Of a stretch of DNA of 64,000 nt, positions 28,013-43,943 are shown one piece after another. This DNA is from Octopus vulgaris (taxonomy: Eukaryota). Location of the stretch: contig OX597816.1 in assembly GCA_951406725.2 (NCBI GenBank), positions 63,364,001 through 63,428,000 of the forward strand. The letters run 5' to 3'. The notes beneath the pieces were generated by a model. That model did not search any database and had not been told where the DNA came from. It saw nothing but the letters and a program-made list of their open reading frames with translations. Made by a program: the position numbers and the translations under genes. Each line of letters starts with the position of its first letter. The stretch's first letter is position 1.

Positions 28013-28098
28013 TGCAGCTGAAGATAGCACAGCATTTAAATTGATGTAATGATTACATTGTTCAATTAAATGGAGCCACTTGAAACGGTCATACTGCA
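28013..28098 (+). ncRNA. Type-I hammerhead ribozyme-like motif with long stem II
   Basis: TGCAG-CTGAAGA-[long imperfect hairpin CATTTAAATTGA..TCAATTAAATG]-GAAAC-GGTC-ATA-CTGCA; stem I is 5 bp perfect; ATA is probably CpG-decayed GTA. Confidence 0.62.
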
Positions 28099-28166
28099 TT
28101 ACTACTTGATATCCTGTTGCTTATTTTAATTATATATATGTGTGTGTGTTTGTATGTATGTTTATG

Positions 28167-28223
<57 letters not shown>

Positions 28224-29351
28224 GTATATATGTATATGTATGTGTGTGTGTGTATTTATATTATCAGCATGACAGTTTTATCTGATTATCCTTAGACTGG
28301 GCCCACATATTTGAATTTTTTTTAAACAAAAAGTAAAAAAAAAAAAAAAACAGAAAGAAAAAGAAAACAAAAAATGGAAAAAAACCTCGTTCCCTCCCTC
28401 TACTACAAATCTCCTAATATTGTCCCTCAGAAAACAACACAGAAATTAGAGAAATTTTATTTATTATAAAAATGCTTTTGTCTGGTAAAGTATCTTGCTG
28501 CCTTGCTGTTTTTGCTGTACAGATAAAGAAAAAAAAATGAAAAGAAATAAGATTAAAAAAAACTAAAAAAAATCAGAGTTGTCTAGATAAAAATGGCCAA
28601 AGTGTTGCCAAATCAGCTGTCCTTTAAAGAAGTTCGTACTTTTAATGATACCTGGAAAACAATTACAGTACATGAACCCTGCTACCCAATGTGAAATCTT
28701 ACCTGCAAATTACTTCCCTTGAACTTTTAGTGTCATAATGGCTTGTTACATATAAAAAAAAAGAGGGTCTTCGTTGTATGTATAAAAAATTCTTTCATCA
28801 CTGTACTTCAAACCAAATATGTGTTCTCTTGCACTTTCACTCAGGTAATTTATATATTAATCAGCACAAATAAGATTGTTTAGTCAAGTAGACATGTTAA
28901 TTCTGATCTCATTCTTTCAAAATTGTTTATATTGGTAAAAATTGTGCCAGTCTCTAGTAGACAATGATTGCTAATTTTCAAACATTTCTCTCTATATCTC
29001 TTTTTATCTCTCTCTTCTTTGTTCTCCCTCTCTCTCTTTCTCTCTCTGTCTGTGTTTACATACACATACACACAACACATTTATCTATGTATATATATAT
29101 ATATATATGTATATATAAATTTGTTATATTTATATTATATACATAAAGATTTATACACACATACACATTCACACACACACACATATCTATGTACATACAC
29201 ACCCATATATATGCATATACACACTACTACATGCAAAAGTGGTGAATTACAATATATTTTGAAATTTTGCACTGTTGTTTAGTACATCAACAGCCATCTG
29301 ACCAACAATGTGTGTGTGTATGTGCATATATATATATACATATACACACAC

Positions 29352-29383
<32 letters not shown>

Positions 29384-29391
29384 GTACGTAC

Positions 29392-29451
<60 letters not shown>

Positions 29452-29790
29452 GATGATGATGATGATATATATATAAATTTTGGTTTAGTTATTGCATAAA
29501 AAAAAATATATTTGACATGAATAATTGATTTCTTTTTTGACGGTTTTTAGTAGCAAAAACTATTTATAACCAAAAATTTAAACCTGTTTGCAAGCACATA
29601 CAACCCTAATAAATTAATATCTGCTCATATTAATATGAACAACAATATTAATATGAAATGAATCAAAGCACAAAGAGGTTAGCATGCTTCCAGTTCTTTT
29701 TAAGTTTATCACACATACATTCATGAATATATATGTAAGTCCAAAATGTGTGTGTGTCTATATATATATGTTTTGCATGTATGTATGTCT

Positions 29791-29895
<105 letters not shown>

Positions 29896-30020
29896 AAACT
29901 TTATATATTTACATATACACACACTTATATAATTTTACTATTGTGTGCCAAAGCACACTGCATGAATATGCTTGCGTATACAATTAGGAATAAGGAAAGA
30001 TTTTCAAACTGATATGCATA

Positions 30021-30060
<40 letters not shown>

Positions 30061-30093
30061 CATACATACAAACAAACATATATATATATATAA

Positions 30094-30142
<49 letters not shown>

Positions 30143-31661
30143 AACAGATGGATAAAGAGAGGAGAAAGAGAAAGAGAGAGAGTGGGACAGAGAGACATTT
30201 AGATGGTGCTCCAGCATGGCTACAATTATAAGGTGCAAACCTGTAGAAGATTATGCACAATATTCTGTGTGTGTGTATGTATGTGTATGTGTGTGAGCAT
30301 GGATGTCTGTGTGGATATGTGTGTGTGTGTGCATGTGTGTGTGTGTGTGAGAGAGTGTGCAGGAATATACATGCCTCTGTGTGAGTGTGTGTGTGCATTT
30401 CTGTGAATGTGTTTGCATATATGTATGTATGTGTTGATTTATTACTCTTACTGTATATATTCTATCACTGTTTCTGTGCCATTCTATTTTCTTTCATCTT
30501 CCATCTCTCTGTCTCCATTTTTATTTACTTTCACTTTCATTTTCAGTCTTATCTTTCTTTCTGTCTTCCTGCTTTTTGCTTCCCTCTCTGCCTTACTTTC
30601 TCACTTGCTTTCTTTTGTTCTTTCTCTCTGCTTCTATTATATTCTCATTCGCACTTCAAAAGTTCTTTTTATCATATTTCTTACATGTTTTAATTCTTGC
30701 ATTGAAACCAAAAAAAAAATATATAAATATATATATGCAAGAAAATTTTACTACCAAATCCCCTCCTCCCAGAAAGTATATTTCTGGAAAAGACAAAAAT
30801 TAAAATTTTTAAAAAATGAACAAAGACAATTAAGAACTTATAAAAAAATTTGGAAAATAAATAAAAAAAATTTAAAGAAATACAAATGAAAATTTTATTC
30901 TCAAACTATTATTAAAAACAAATGAAAATTAATTTGTACAAAAATTTAAAATGGAAAAAGTTGTCCACTTCCAATTTTAGATGTGGTTAATGAAAAAACA
31001 ATACATATACATATGTATGTGTGCATATATATATGTATGTATGTATGTATATAAAGATATATATACATATATATACACACACATTTATGAATATATATGT
31101 ATGTATATTTGTATATATATATTTATATTTATATATGCATATATATGTGTGTGTGTATATACCTATATATATATGTATATATGTATATATATGAAAATAT
31201 ATATATACAAAAATGAGAACACACCCAAATATTTATCAGATTTTTAAAACTTTTTTTACAAATCACTTATTTGTTTTAATATATATATATATATGTAATG
31301 TGTGTACATCCATACATATTATGTATGTGTATGTATATATATATACATATGTATTTATACATATGCATTCCTATATGCATACTTATAAATGTATATGTAT
31401 GTATGCACATACATGTACATGTGTGTTTGTGTGTATGTGTGTGTGTGGTAAGTGTATCCAATATAAAAATTTAAATATATATATATATGTAAAAAAGAGG
31501 AAAAAAAAAATTAATAAACATGAAGAGAAAAATCAATTTATTAAAAGAATGTTTTATGAGAAAATTTTGAGAAAGTTTTACAAAAGATTTAAAGCATGGA
31601 TTCAATGTTTCTGTAATTACCCACATATATATCCGTAGAGAGAATATCTTGTCATAGATTC

Positions 31662-31694
<33 letters not shown>

Positions 31695-32250
31695 TGAGGA
31701 AAATATTTCTTTGAAAGCAAAGAAGAATTCAATGCTTCATGTTTTATTTTCACTCAAAGTTTTATAATTATTTTTCGCTCAAATTCATCCTCCCATTTTC
31801 TCTCTCTCTCTTTCTCTCACACACACATGCTTGCATATATACTGACAATGGTACACCCAAATGTTCCTACATAGGCATTCTTAAACATGCACTCAGTCAA
31901 ATAAACACATGCATATGCACATTGGAATGAAACAAATATAGTTTAGCAATAACTAATATAGGATCTAATTATGCATTTGCGATTTGGTCAATTTCAGAAC
32001 AAGTCTGATTGCTGTCATCATTAGTTGTTAAATATATTTAAAGTTGTGTATGTTTAATATACCAGCTGGATACGTGGGTACATTTTATCAAGCAACAACT
32101 CCCTCCTTGAGCATCTGACGATATCTTAAAATATGACTTAGAAGACTATTCTATGTGGTGCTATCAATTAGCCATCAATTGGCCGATTATGGCCAAACTT
32201 ATATGTGGTAGATTTGTATGTCTATATATGTATATATGAATGTCTATCTG

Positions 32251-32302
<52 letters not shown>

Positions 32303-32504
32303 AAAATTCTATAATTATGAGCATAATCATAATTAGGGTTCAGCAAAATTTGCTTCTCCACATACCAAAATTTAGAAATAGCAGTTAAAATACTATTCTA
32401 CTACCATAAGATATTAATTTATTTTGCCCTTTATTATTATTGTATATATATATATATATATATATATCAATACACACAAGTACATATGTACATATGTGAA
32501 TATT

Positions 32505-32553
<49 letters not shown>

Positions 32554-35106
32554 TGTGTCTGTATGTTTGTATGTACATAGATATGTATTTCTGAATGTAC
32601 ATATTCATGTATATATGTATGCTGCATATATGTATGGATATACAGTTCTGAATGATTTTATGAAATATCAATATAAAGCTTAACACATCTATGACATAAT
32701 CAATCATAATAAATTATTATAATCTATTTTAGTTTACCAATTATAAGCTTAAGAAATACTGATATGCAAAAGCAAATTTTTCTTATGTCTTTTAATTATT
32801 ATTTCCATTTTCTTATTTGTGTGAAGTATGAAATTCATTATTGGCTCATGTAATTTTGTATAAGCAGAATCAGAAAGTATGGTAGCCCATGCAGCTTGAA
32901 AATGTTTACCTCAATTATCCCAGTTACTTGTGACTGTGTGTAAAATTAAAACCATATACTTGCGTATAAGATGCAATAGTTAACACATGTGTTTATAAAA
33001 GTGTGCTGCCAATAGTTTTTGTGTTTATTAAGGTAACTTGCGATGAGTCCTGTAAGTTTATAGGTGTATGTAATGTATCTCCATTCCTGTAGATTGGCTA
33101 GAATAATGGAATATCGCAAGAAATACTCCATAACAAAGGAGCCCTGATGCTTTCTTTGGTAAATGCTATGTGCTTGTCATAGTTTTTCATCTTAGAATAC
33201 TAAAGTAGCTTCTCATTAAGATTTTCAGATATAATTTACATGAAACCATCTTTTAAGCTTGATACAGGTAAGATTGCTACACTTTCCTGAGTGCTTGGAA
33301 TGTAAAAATTTGAACCAAATACTGCACAGCATTTTTTTTTTCTTTTTAATGCACTAACAATTCTGCCAATCCGCCCTGCTGGACTGGCATGTAAATTTTT
33401 TAATCCCTGAAGGTGATGCAAAGAGCCGGAACAAATACCACAAAGCATTTTGTCCAACACTCTAACGACTGTGCCAATTCATAACTTTTATACCTCTCTG
33501 TATTTATAATATTTACCACATTTTGTCTTGTGTATTGTGAGGAATTTAACAGAAAAAAAAATCAGATAAAAATGTTTTCATTGGAGAATGGCATAGCATT
33601 ATACTGAAATTTAAAATAAATAAAGAAGGAACTAAATAAAATGTAACAACAGCAATCTATAAAAAGAAAAACGCCTAAAACATCTAACAATGCCTTCATT
33701 TAAGAGCCTGTGATTATGAAACTCTGTATGCATAGCAAATACATTCAATGGCAGTTGTTAATTCTGTTGGCGTGCCTGTAAAATGTGCTTACAAACTTAA
33801 CTGTTTAAAAATGATTATTTAATTTAAAAGATTTTAAAAGGTTGAGGTTTAAAATACAAAATTTACCATTAGCTTTGAATGGCTTGATTTGGGGTCCTTG
33901 ATTTTCAGTAAAATTATAGGGATGCTGTCATCATATAGTGCACATCAGTGATGTAATGGGGGTCAATTCAGATGTGATACTGCTTGGTACTATGACAGTT
34001 TCAAGCTTAGGTCTTTGCTAATGATTTACCTCCCCATTTTCTGCTTCTGTCGCTATACACTTCTGATTAAGTACATATGTTTGCAATATATATATGGATA
34101 TGAAAAAGATGTGGTGGTTTCTTAAAAAATGTCTGTAGTAAAGGATCACATTATATAAGATGATAAAATATATTACTGATTTTTAATGCTAAAACATAGG
34201 GCAGCACTACATTCCGGACTACATTGTATATGAGTAAACACTATAGCTAAATATTTCTCAATTCTGAGATTAAATTCACCATAAGACTGAAGTTTGATTT
34301 TCACTCTGGGGTCCAGTAAATAAATACCAGCTATTTACTGGGATCAATTCAGATGTGATGCTGTTTGGTAGCTGAAGAAATAAACACCTGAAATCAAGTA
34401 TTGAGCCATCTACATATCTATGTACATACAAACATACAGACACACACTCATATATATATATATATAAATATAAATATTCACATATGTTAAGGAATTACTA
34501 AATTTTGATCCATGTAGTTCTGAAAATATGCTAAGTTGTTCCTTGTTATTGTTTATATTCAGTATTGAATTAGCCATTATTAAAGAAAACTTTAATCAAA
34601 GAGATTTCAACTTTTACCATTTAGTTTCACAGAACTAAGAGTGGGATTGGATACAGGACAGCCACTCAAGTGTTCTGCGTGGACCTCAAACCTTTTCCAA
34701 ATTCTTGTAAAATTCTGCTAATTTGTAAGCCATTGAGCAGCTGAGGGTTTTAATATATAAGGTCTTTTCTGTCAAGATGTGTTTAATTTTTGCTTACATA
34801 TCCATTACCTGTTTTGGAAAGGAGGGGGTTTCTACAGGAATATTTTTATATCTAAGATATGATATAGCAGACATTTTGACCATGAGCAAATGTAAAAAAC
34901 AAGAAAATATAAAAAACATGGGAAAACAAAAGTGGGCCTTTATAAAAGATAGTTGCTGATCCCAACTCATCACTAGCCAAGTAGACCTTATGATCAAGAG
35001 TATTCCAGCCAGGACCATCCCGTCTGCTTTTTTTAGTGATATCTAGGAGTACATTACATTACTGAATGAATCATTCCTATTGTTTCTGAAATATATATAC
35101 ATATAC

Positions 35107-35158
<52 letters not shown>

Positions 35159-35379
35159 CCAGCTCTTGTACATAGCTACACCTTAGATCCATCATGGCTT
35201 CTGATGTGGCTTTATAAACCAGACAATGTATTGAAAAGACACCCACATAGATTGCATATATGATTTGGACCACCAAGAGCTGCAGTTAAGTTCTGATCTT
35301 TGTGAATCTTAAAATGTCTTTTGAGGCCTCCTTTAGACTTACAGATCTTATGGCATACATGACATTGAAAGGGGTGCAC

Positions 35380-35454
<75 letters not shown>

Positions 35455-35512
35455 ACATGAGAATAATATATATTTTTAATTATATACATGTATATATGTG
35501 TGTGTATATATA

Positions 35513-35581
<69 letters not shown>

Positions 35582-35590
35582 GTATGTGTA

Positions 35591-35623
<33 letters not shown>

Positions 35624-35632
35624 GTATGTATG

Positions 35633-35673
<41 letters not shown>

Positions 35674-35713
35674 AGAGTATTGTAGTTCACTTGAAGCATT
35701 GTGTATTGTTTGT

Positions 35714-36003
35714 AAAGAAGAAAAAGTTTTGAATGGTACAACAATGCACTATAATGCAGACAACGGGCTATATACCAGTTGCAATCTAGTCATCCATAGT
35801 CTGATATGATATTTTAGAATAATATTCCTTCTTCAGATATTCTTAGATAACCGATTATAGCAGCGACTCCATCTAAGAATATCTGAAGAAGAAATATTAT
35901 TCCGAAATATCATATCAGACTATGGATGACAAATTACAACAGGTGTATAGCCCATTGTCTGTATTATAGTGCATTGTTGTACCATTCAAAACCTTTTTAT
36001 TCT

Positions 36004-36005
<2 letters not shown>
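35714..36005. repeat. Long inverted repeat (~135-bp arms, 22-bp spacer) with a hammerhead motif in each arm
   Basis: Arms 35714-35848 and 35871-36005. ORFs on opposite strands share [17 protein letters not shown]. Motif ATAT-CTGAAGA-A-stem II-GAAA-TA-TC-ATAT at 35879-35915 (+) and 35804-35840 (-). Confidence 0.9.
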
Positions 36006-36067
<62 letters not shown>

Positions 36068-37055
36068 GTACATATATATGTATGTATGTATGTATGTACA
36101 TATATATGTATGTATGTATGTATATATGTATGTATGCATTCTCACATATGTATATACATAATGATTTCAGGCTTCTGATACTATGCAATCAGACTTGTAT
36201 GATGTTTGAATTCAGCAAAAAGCAGAGCATAAATAAAAACAAATAAGAACAACTAAAGAATTATCTCAGCACAAAGAAATTAATTAAATAAATCAAATAT
36301 TTATAAATGAGAATTTAGTTAATTACTTACTTTTGTAAATACTTTTTTGTTTGTTTTTGCATTTGCACGTTTTCTTTTTTGAAGTAACAGTTTAATTTTG
36401 ATTTGATTGCCAATTTGTATTTATCTATCAAACAGAAAATTATTTCTTCTTCTTTTTCTTTTTCTCCTCTTTCCTCCTCCTCCTCTCCCAGTCTGGCTCT
36501 GCTTTCCCTCTTCTTGCTCCCCACCCTTCCTCCCCTCTCTTTCATTATTATGAATTCCTTTTCCATCCTTCCATTTACAATGTGACATAACATAAAAATG
36601 TACCAATACCTTTCGGTTGTTGTTCAGGATTTATTTTCTTTACATTGCAAAAAACAAACAAAAAAAAAAAAAACAGAAAAGAATCCATGAAAGATATACT
36701 TAGATTTCTAAACAAATGTATCAATGCAAAATTGCAAAAAAAAAAAAAAGATAATATATACAAACATGGATAAAATAACACAATTTCAAAATAGAAAACA
36801 AAATAAAGGAAAACTAAGAACAAACAAAATTAAGAAAACATTTAGAAAAAAATCATAAAAGCAAAATAATTTAGACTTCTATTCTGTGAGAGTGTTTACG
36901 TTACTTCAAAAGGGTGTTTTTTTTTGCTCATATTTAATGCTATTTATCCAAAATATTATATACATACTTTATATGAAATTTCACTTCATATGTATGTATA
37001 TATATATATATATATATACATACATACATATATATACATACATACATATATATAT

Positions 37056-37111
<56 letters not shown>

Positions 37112-37228
37112 AACACACACATATATATATGTATATATTTGTACATACATACATATGCATATGCATACATAAATATAAAAATATATAATAAATATATATA
37201 TTCACAAAGATATACATGTGCACACATG

Positions 37229-37278
<50 letters not shown>

Positions 37279-37525
37279 CATACATATATACATAAATACA
37301 TATATATATGAATGGAAATTTGTATAAATACATATGTATATATATATGATGTATATGCGCTCTTTCATGTTTCCTCTTTCTCTTCCTCTCTCTCTCTTTT
37401 TTTGTACTTGCAGACACCATTAAGTTCAACAGATAAAATAAAGTAAAAAAGTAAAAAAAAAAAAGAAAAATGTTAAAGGAAAAGAAACAAGAAAAAATAT
37501 ATTTGATATCAATGATAATAATAAT

Positions 37526-37584
<59 letters not shown>

Positions 37585-38295
37585 TACATACATATACATA
37601 CATACATATATATATGTAGCATATATAAATATTGTAAAATGCTATGCGAAATATTCAAGATCTCCCCCCTTCCTGCCTGCCACCCTCATCATCCTGGCAT
37701 CCTCTGCAAATTCACACATATACACATACACAGCGAAAAAAAGTTAATAAAAAAATATCCAAAAATCTAAAAGAGAACATACTTAAGGAAACAAAAATAC
37801 CACAGCAACAAAATAAAAAAAAAATACTGCAATATTTCTAGCAGTGTTTTTGTTTGTATTTCATTAATATTATTATTATTAATATTTTTTTTATATAAAT
37901 GAACCTGGCAAAACCAATCCTCTTAATACTTGTACAGTTTTACTACCATACACTAACATTAGTAGTATATTTGTATATTTTCATCACCAAATGTGGTTTC
38001 TTTTTTTATTTTTATTTTTTTTTTCACCTACTTATTTTTTAATGTTTGTTTGTAAAAACAAAAATCAATAAATTGTATTGGTGGCAATCACTAAACTGAT
38101 ATGTTTGTGTACACACGCACACACAAATTAAAAAAGAAATAAATCTTAAAACATATATATATATATAAATATATATATGTACAAGTACCATACACACACA
38201 TACACAAACAAAAATACACACACGCACAAACATATGTACATATATATTTATAAAACATAATTCAATGTAATATATATATATATATACATACCTAC

Positions 38296-38358
<63 letters not shown>

Positions 38359-38779
38359 CATAGACAAACCATGTGTAGCACCAAAAGAAGAAGTTCTCCC
38401 CAATATCATTGGAAGTAAAGGATTAAATTTATAAATTGACAGAGGTATGGGTCACTTATTTTCAAGACCCTGAGTTTTTCTGCAAAAACTCAATGAATGT
38501 TGCACTTCATCTGTTTTTGTAAGTTTAATATTTATATTATTAAATGACATAGGTACGGAACACTCATATTCAAGACTCTAAGTTTCTGAGCAGCAATTCA
38601 ATAGTCACTGCATATAAGTATTGAGTCCTAAATTTAAGTATTCCATACTTGTGTAATTTAATAAACCTAGTTGTGGAATATTGAGGTTCACATCTTTTGC
38701 TGTTACACGTGTAGTTTATTTATACAAGTATATATATATATGTATACTTATATACATATATACATTTATACATACATAG

Positions 38780-38827
<48 letters not shown>

Positions 38828-38982
38828 ATATATATATTTATTTATACATATATGCATTCAATGTGCTTGTTCGTAGGAACGACTGTATATTCACCACAAA
38901 TTCTCAAATTAAAACTAAATAAAGTTTTCAATACTTAAAGAAGTAGATTTAAAAAAAAAAATATATAAAATTTATACATAAG

Positions 38983-39082
38983 TTTACAGGTTTATAAATC
39001 TGCTTCAGTAAATTTTGTTTTTTGATCTCCTTAAATTTCTGCTGAGATCAAAGTGATCAAAACAATTTTATAAACCTGTAAA
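38983..39082 (+). repeat. 16-bp inverted repeat enclosing a decayed hammerhead-like motif
   Basis: TTTACAGGTTTATAAA/TTTATAAACCTGTAAA; inside is AAATTT-CTGCTGA-GATC aaagt GATC-AAAAC. Confidence 0.7.
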
Positions 39083-39093
39083 ATTATCTATTA

Positions 39094-39149
<56 letters not shown>

Positions 39150-39465
39150 TTTGTACCAAGTGCACCAAATGTGAAGTAATTTCTTGGTTTGTTCATAAAT
39201 GTATTTTTTATCATGCCTCTCTTTATATTATGAACCAAAGTTTTCATTATGGATCCTTTTTTAATGGGTTTTGTCTCGTGTTGCTGCCCTCATCATTAAA
39301 GACCATTAAAAAACGAAAAAAAAAAACAGTAAAAAAAATGACAAAAAAATTTATGCTAAAACAAAGTAAAAAATAACAAAAAAAAAACAAAAAACAAAAA
39401 CTACATTGGTGATTACCAACTTTTCTGAATTACTATTTCAACAAATGATGTATTAGAATAATTCC

Positions 39466-39466
<1 letters not shown>

Positions 39467-39510
<44 letters not shown>

Positions 39511-39536
39511 TAAGGATAAGGATAATGATAATGATG

Positions 39537-39589
<53 letters not shown>

Positions 39590-39637
39590 CATGATGATGA
39601 TGATGATAATAATATAATAATAATATTAATAATAATA
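39467..39637. repeat. (AAT)n/(GAT)n trinucleotide microsatellite
   Basis: Direct inspection. Confidence 0.95.
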
Positions 39638-39788
39638 GACATGACAAAACTAATGATTTGGGGAATAAAAACAACAATAAGAAGACAAATTAACAAGAAA
39701 ACAAAAAAATTTCCAGGAATTTCTCTATTTATATCATTTCCATCAATTTTTGTTGAAGACACTATTGCACAATTAATATATTTATGTA

Positions 39789-39823
<35 letters not shown>

Positions 39824-39905
39824 TGTCTTTGTGTACATAAGTGTCTGTTTCTCGGTGTGTGTGTGTGTGTTAATTTACCTATGTATATCTATCTATCTAT
39901 CTATC

Positions 39906-39943
<38 letters not shown>

Positions 39944-39964
39944 TAAGTACATATATATATATGC

Positions 39965-40048
<84 letters not shown>

Positions 40049-40073
40049 TATATATATATAGTATATATATACA

Positions 40074-40104
<31 letters not shown>

Positions 40105-40682
40105 CTGGTGATGCAGACAGGAAAATTAGTACTCAAAACATTAGAATATATATATGTGTGTGTGTGCATGCATGTGTGTCTTTGTGTCTCACACAGACTT
40201 GATGAAGTGATGCCTACAGTTGTAAATTATATATATAGTATGTGAAAACATTACAAATTCATTTGAATACTCTAATTTTCGTTTTAAAAAGGGAATGGAA
40301 TACAAAAGGTAGTTACAATATGGTAGAGATAGAAATGAAGCAAAGCAAAAAAAAAAAGAAGAAAAAAGAAAACAAAATTTAATTAAAATAAAATCGAAGA
40401 ATAAAAGGGAAAAATACTATCTGAATTTTAGAGAATTTCAATTGGAATTCCTGTGATTATTATATTTTTTATCTTTAAGCTATAGATGTGTACTTGCTCA
40501 TGAAGTGATGTAATACTATATATAAGATGTCAGTTTAATAACAATACTATTACTACTACTAATTAAAATAATGATAATATTAATAATAATGTTAATAATA
40601 AAAAGTAATAATTGTAGTAATTAAAGCAACAATAAAAAAATCAAAAAGCATTGAAGATTAAAAGAATTATACTTGCATAATT

Positions 40683-41280
<598 letters not shown>

Positions 41281-41954
41281 TTATAAGAGACAAAAGATGA
41301 TGAATCATGCCTTTAGAGTGGAAGGCATTCATGAACTTTTTTGGGTTTTTTTTTCCAGTCATGCTTTCACTTAAATCATGTTTCTTGTATATTTTGAAAC
41401 AAATCTGCTTATATTTAAATAGTGCAAAATATAAAAAAATAAATATATATATATATATGAAAAAAAATTCTATAAATATTCAAAGAAAAAAATATTTACA
41501 AAATCTATAATACCTATGTGATATTGTTTCCACCATTCTGATAGTCAGAACTTTAACCAATCGAACACAAGTCCCTTGTCATACGTGTATGCAGCCTGTA
41601 CGGTTTTGCCTTTTTTTTTTTTCGGAATTTCATTGATATTTTTTCTTTCCTGGGGACATAGAGAAGAAAATGCAGAACAATTTTTCTTTTCCTTTTATCC
41701 ATTTTTTTTTTTTTCAAAGAGAAGAAAAAAATTTTAAAAATTTCAAGGAAATTTGTTATTTTTAATTCCCCAAGAAACAATTTTCACTGCTTTCTGTTGA
41801 AACTTTTTCATTCTTCTTCGGTGGAAACTGAAATAAATTTTCATAAAAATATAATTGTTGGAGTTAATATGAATTTGAAAAGAATATTTTTCTCTTTATT
41901 AAAAATAATGTTTTTTTTTGTTGTTTAAAATTGGTGCAGGTGTGACATTATAAG

Positions 41955-42915
41955 CACAGGTGTGGCTGTATGGTTGAGAAGCTAGCTATCCAATCAGGTA
42001 GTGCACAACACTTTGGGAAAATATCTTCTACTAGGGCCAAATGAAATCTTCTGAGGAAATTTGGTAGATAAAAATTGGAAAAAGCCTGTCATATATATGC
42101 ATACAGGTATGTGTTTATGTGTGTGGAGGCACGTGGCTTAGTGGTTAGGGTGTTCAACTCATAATTGTAAGATTGGAATTTCGATTCCTGGACTGTGTTC
42201 TTGGACAAAAAATCTTCATCTCACATTGCCACACTCAGCTGGCAAAAATGAGTAATCATGTGACGGACCAGCTTCCCATCCAGGTGAGGAATATACATGC
42301 CATGAAGCCAGAAAACTGGCCCTTGAGATGGAAACTTCACCTTTTTATATGTGTGTGTGGAGGCACATAGCTTAGTGGTTAGGGTGTTCAACTCATGATT
42401 GTAAGATTGTGAGTTTGATACCTAGTGTTGTTCTGTGTCCCTGAGATGACACTTTGTTTCCCATTGCTCCAGTCTACTGGGTTAGCAAAAATGAGTTGTA
42501 CATGTATTTCAAAGGGCCAGCCTTGTAACATTCTGATTTACATTGAATCTTCCTGAGAAGTACTTTAAGGGTATGTGTGTCTGTGGAGTACTCAGCCACT
42601 TGCAAGTTAATTTCTTGAGCAGGCTGTCCCGTTGGTCAGATCAACTGGAACCCTTGTGGTCGTAACCGACGGAGTGCCAGTTGTGTATGTATAAATATGT
42701 GTATATGTCTTTGTATTTGTGTTGTCTTTATTTCTCCACCGCTTGACAACTGGCGTTGGTTTGTTTACATCCCCTGTAACTTAGCAATTTGGCAAAATAG
42801 ACTGATAGAATACGCACCAGGTTTAAAAACATAAATACTGCAGAGGATTTGTTTGGTTAATCCTTCTGTTGCTCCAGCAAGGCTACGGTCCAGTGACTGA
42901 GAAAGTAAAAACTAA
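41955..42915 (+). mobile_element. Family B SINE with two family C SINEs (42123-42330, 42357-42680) inserted in its (TG)n tract
   Basis: Family B head at 41955, two GGAGGCAC..GCTTAGTGGTTAGGG heads, family B 3' part resumes at ~42720. Confidence 0.8.
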
Positions 42916-43943
42916 AGACAATACATACGACCAGATATTTGCTAATTAGAATCCTGGCTCTTTGCTAATTAGAATCCAATTAGATAAGTAATTAACAGTC
43001 AATGGATTTCTGTATATTTTGGTAATGATTGTTTTGATATGCGATCAACTGACCGTTAACATAATCGTCAGGCACAGTCAGTACAACACAATATTTATTT
43101 CAATATTGTATGTTTGAATTACAAATGAGACTTATCCGGTAGGCTTCCACACAGTTTTTACACTGGATTTCACCGACAAAACATAGGTTAGTGTGAAGCA
43201 GTAGTAAAAGACACTCGTCGAAGATTCCACAGATTCTGGAGATTCCACAGAACCTGGAGATTGCAAAACAAACATTTTAAAATTTAGCCACGCTGCGTAC
43301 ATTCATGATAAATTATCAGTTACGTTTAACAAATTCACTGCTTTCTTACATACTAGCAACGTTCGGCAGGAGCATCAACTTGAGATTTCATTTTATTCTC
43401 ATCATTTAGAAAATAATGAATGCAAGTGTTGCTGTGACATTAAAAAGCTTGTACTATAGTGCATCTGTACATTGGACAATTATGTTCAACCTGAGAATTG
43501 TAGTAGAAATTCGATTGGCAGAAATTGTGCAAAAGCCTATATGATGGAGTGTAGTTGTTATTGGATAATAGAGTTCATTTCTCACCTGGTTTAACCCTAC
43601 TACTCTGACCTTTGGATAACTCTAGTAGATTGCTCTTTGTTGAAAACATTACAGACACGTTTCTGTTCTTGGCATAAATTCTTCCCATTTTTCAAATAGT
43701 CTTGGATACATGGTAAAAGGTTAAAAGGTCATCAGTACTTCTCTTGTTTCGTGAAAAACATAAAAAAAATCAAGTGAATATAAGAACTGGTGTGGTTAAG
43801 AAGCTCGCTTCGCAGCCACATGGTTTTGGGCTCAGTCCCACTGTACAGCACCTTGGGCAAGCGTCATATACAGTAGCCCTGGGTCGACCAATACTCTGTG
43901 AGTGAATATGGAAGACAGAAACTGTATCGTAGCCCGTCATATA

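Noticed and set aside
28476-28500. miR-8/miR-200-like TGTCTGGTAAAG
   Set aside because: Seed region does not match and no precursor hairpin is evident
32111-32200. Hammerhead-like CTGACGA...GGCC..GGCC-AAAC
   Set aside because: No GAAA box and no consistent cleavage triplet or stem register
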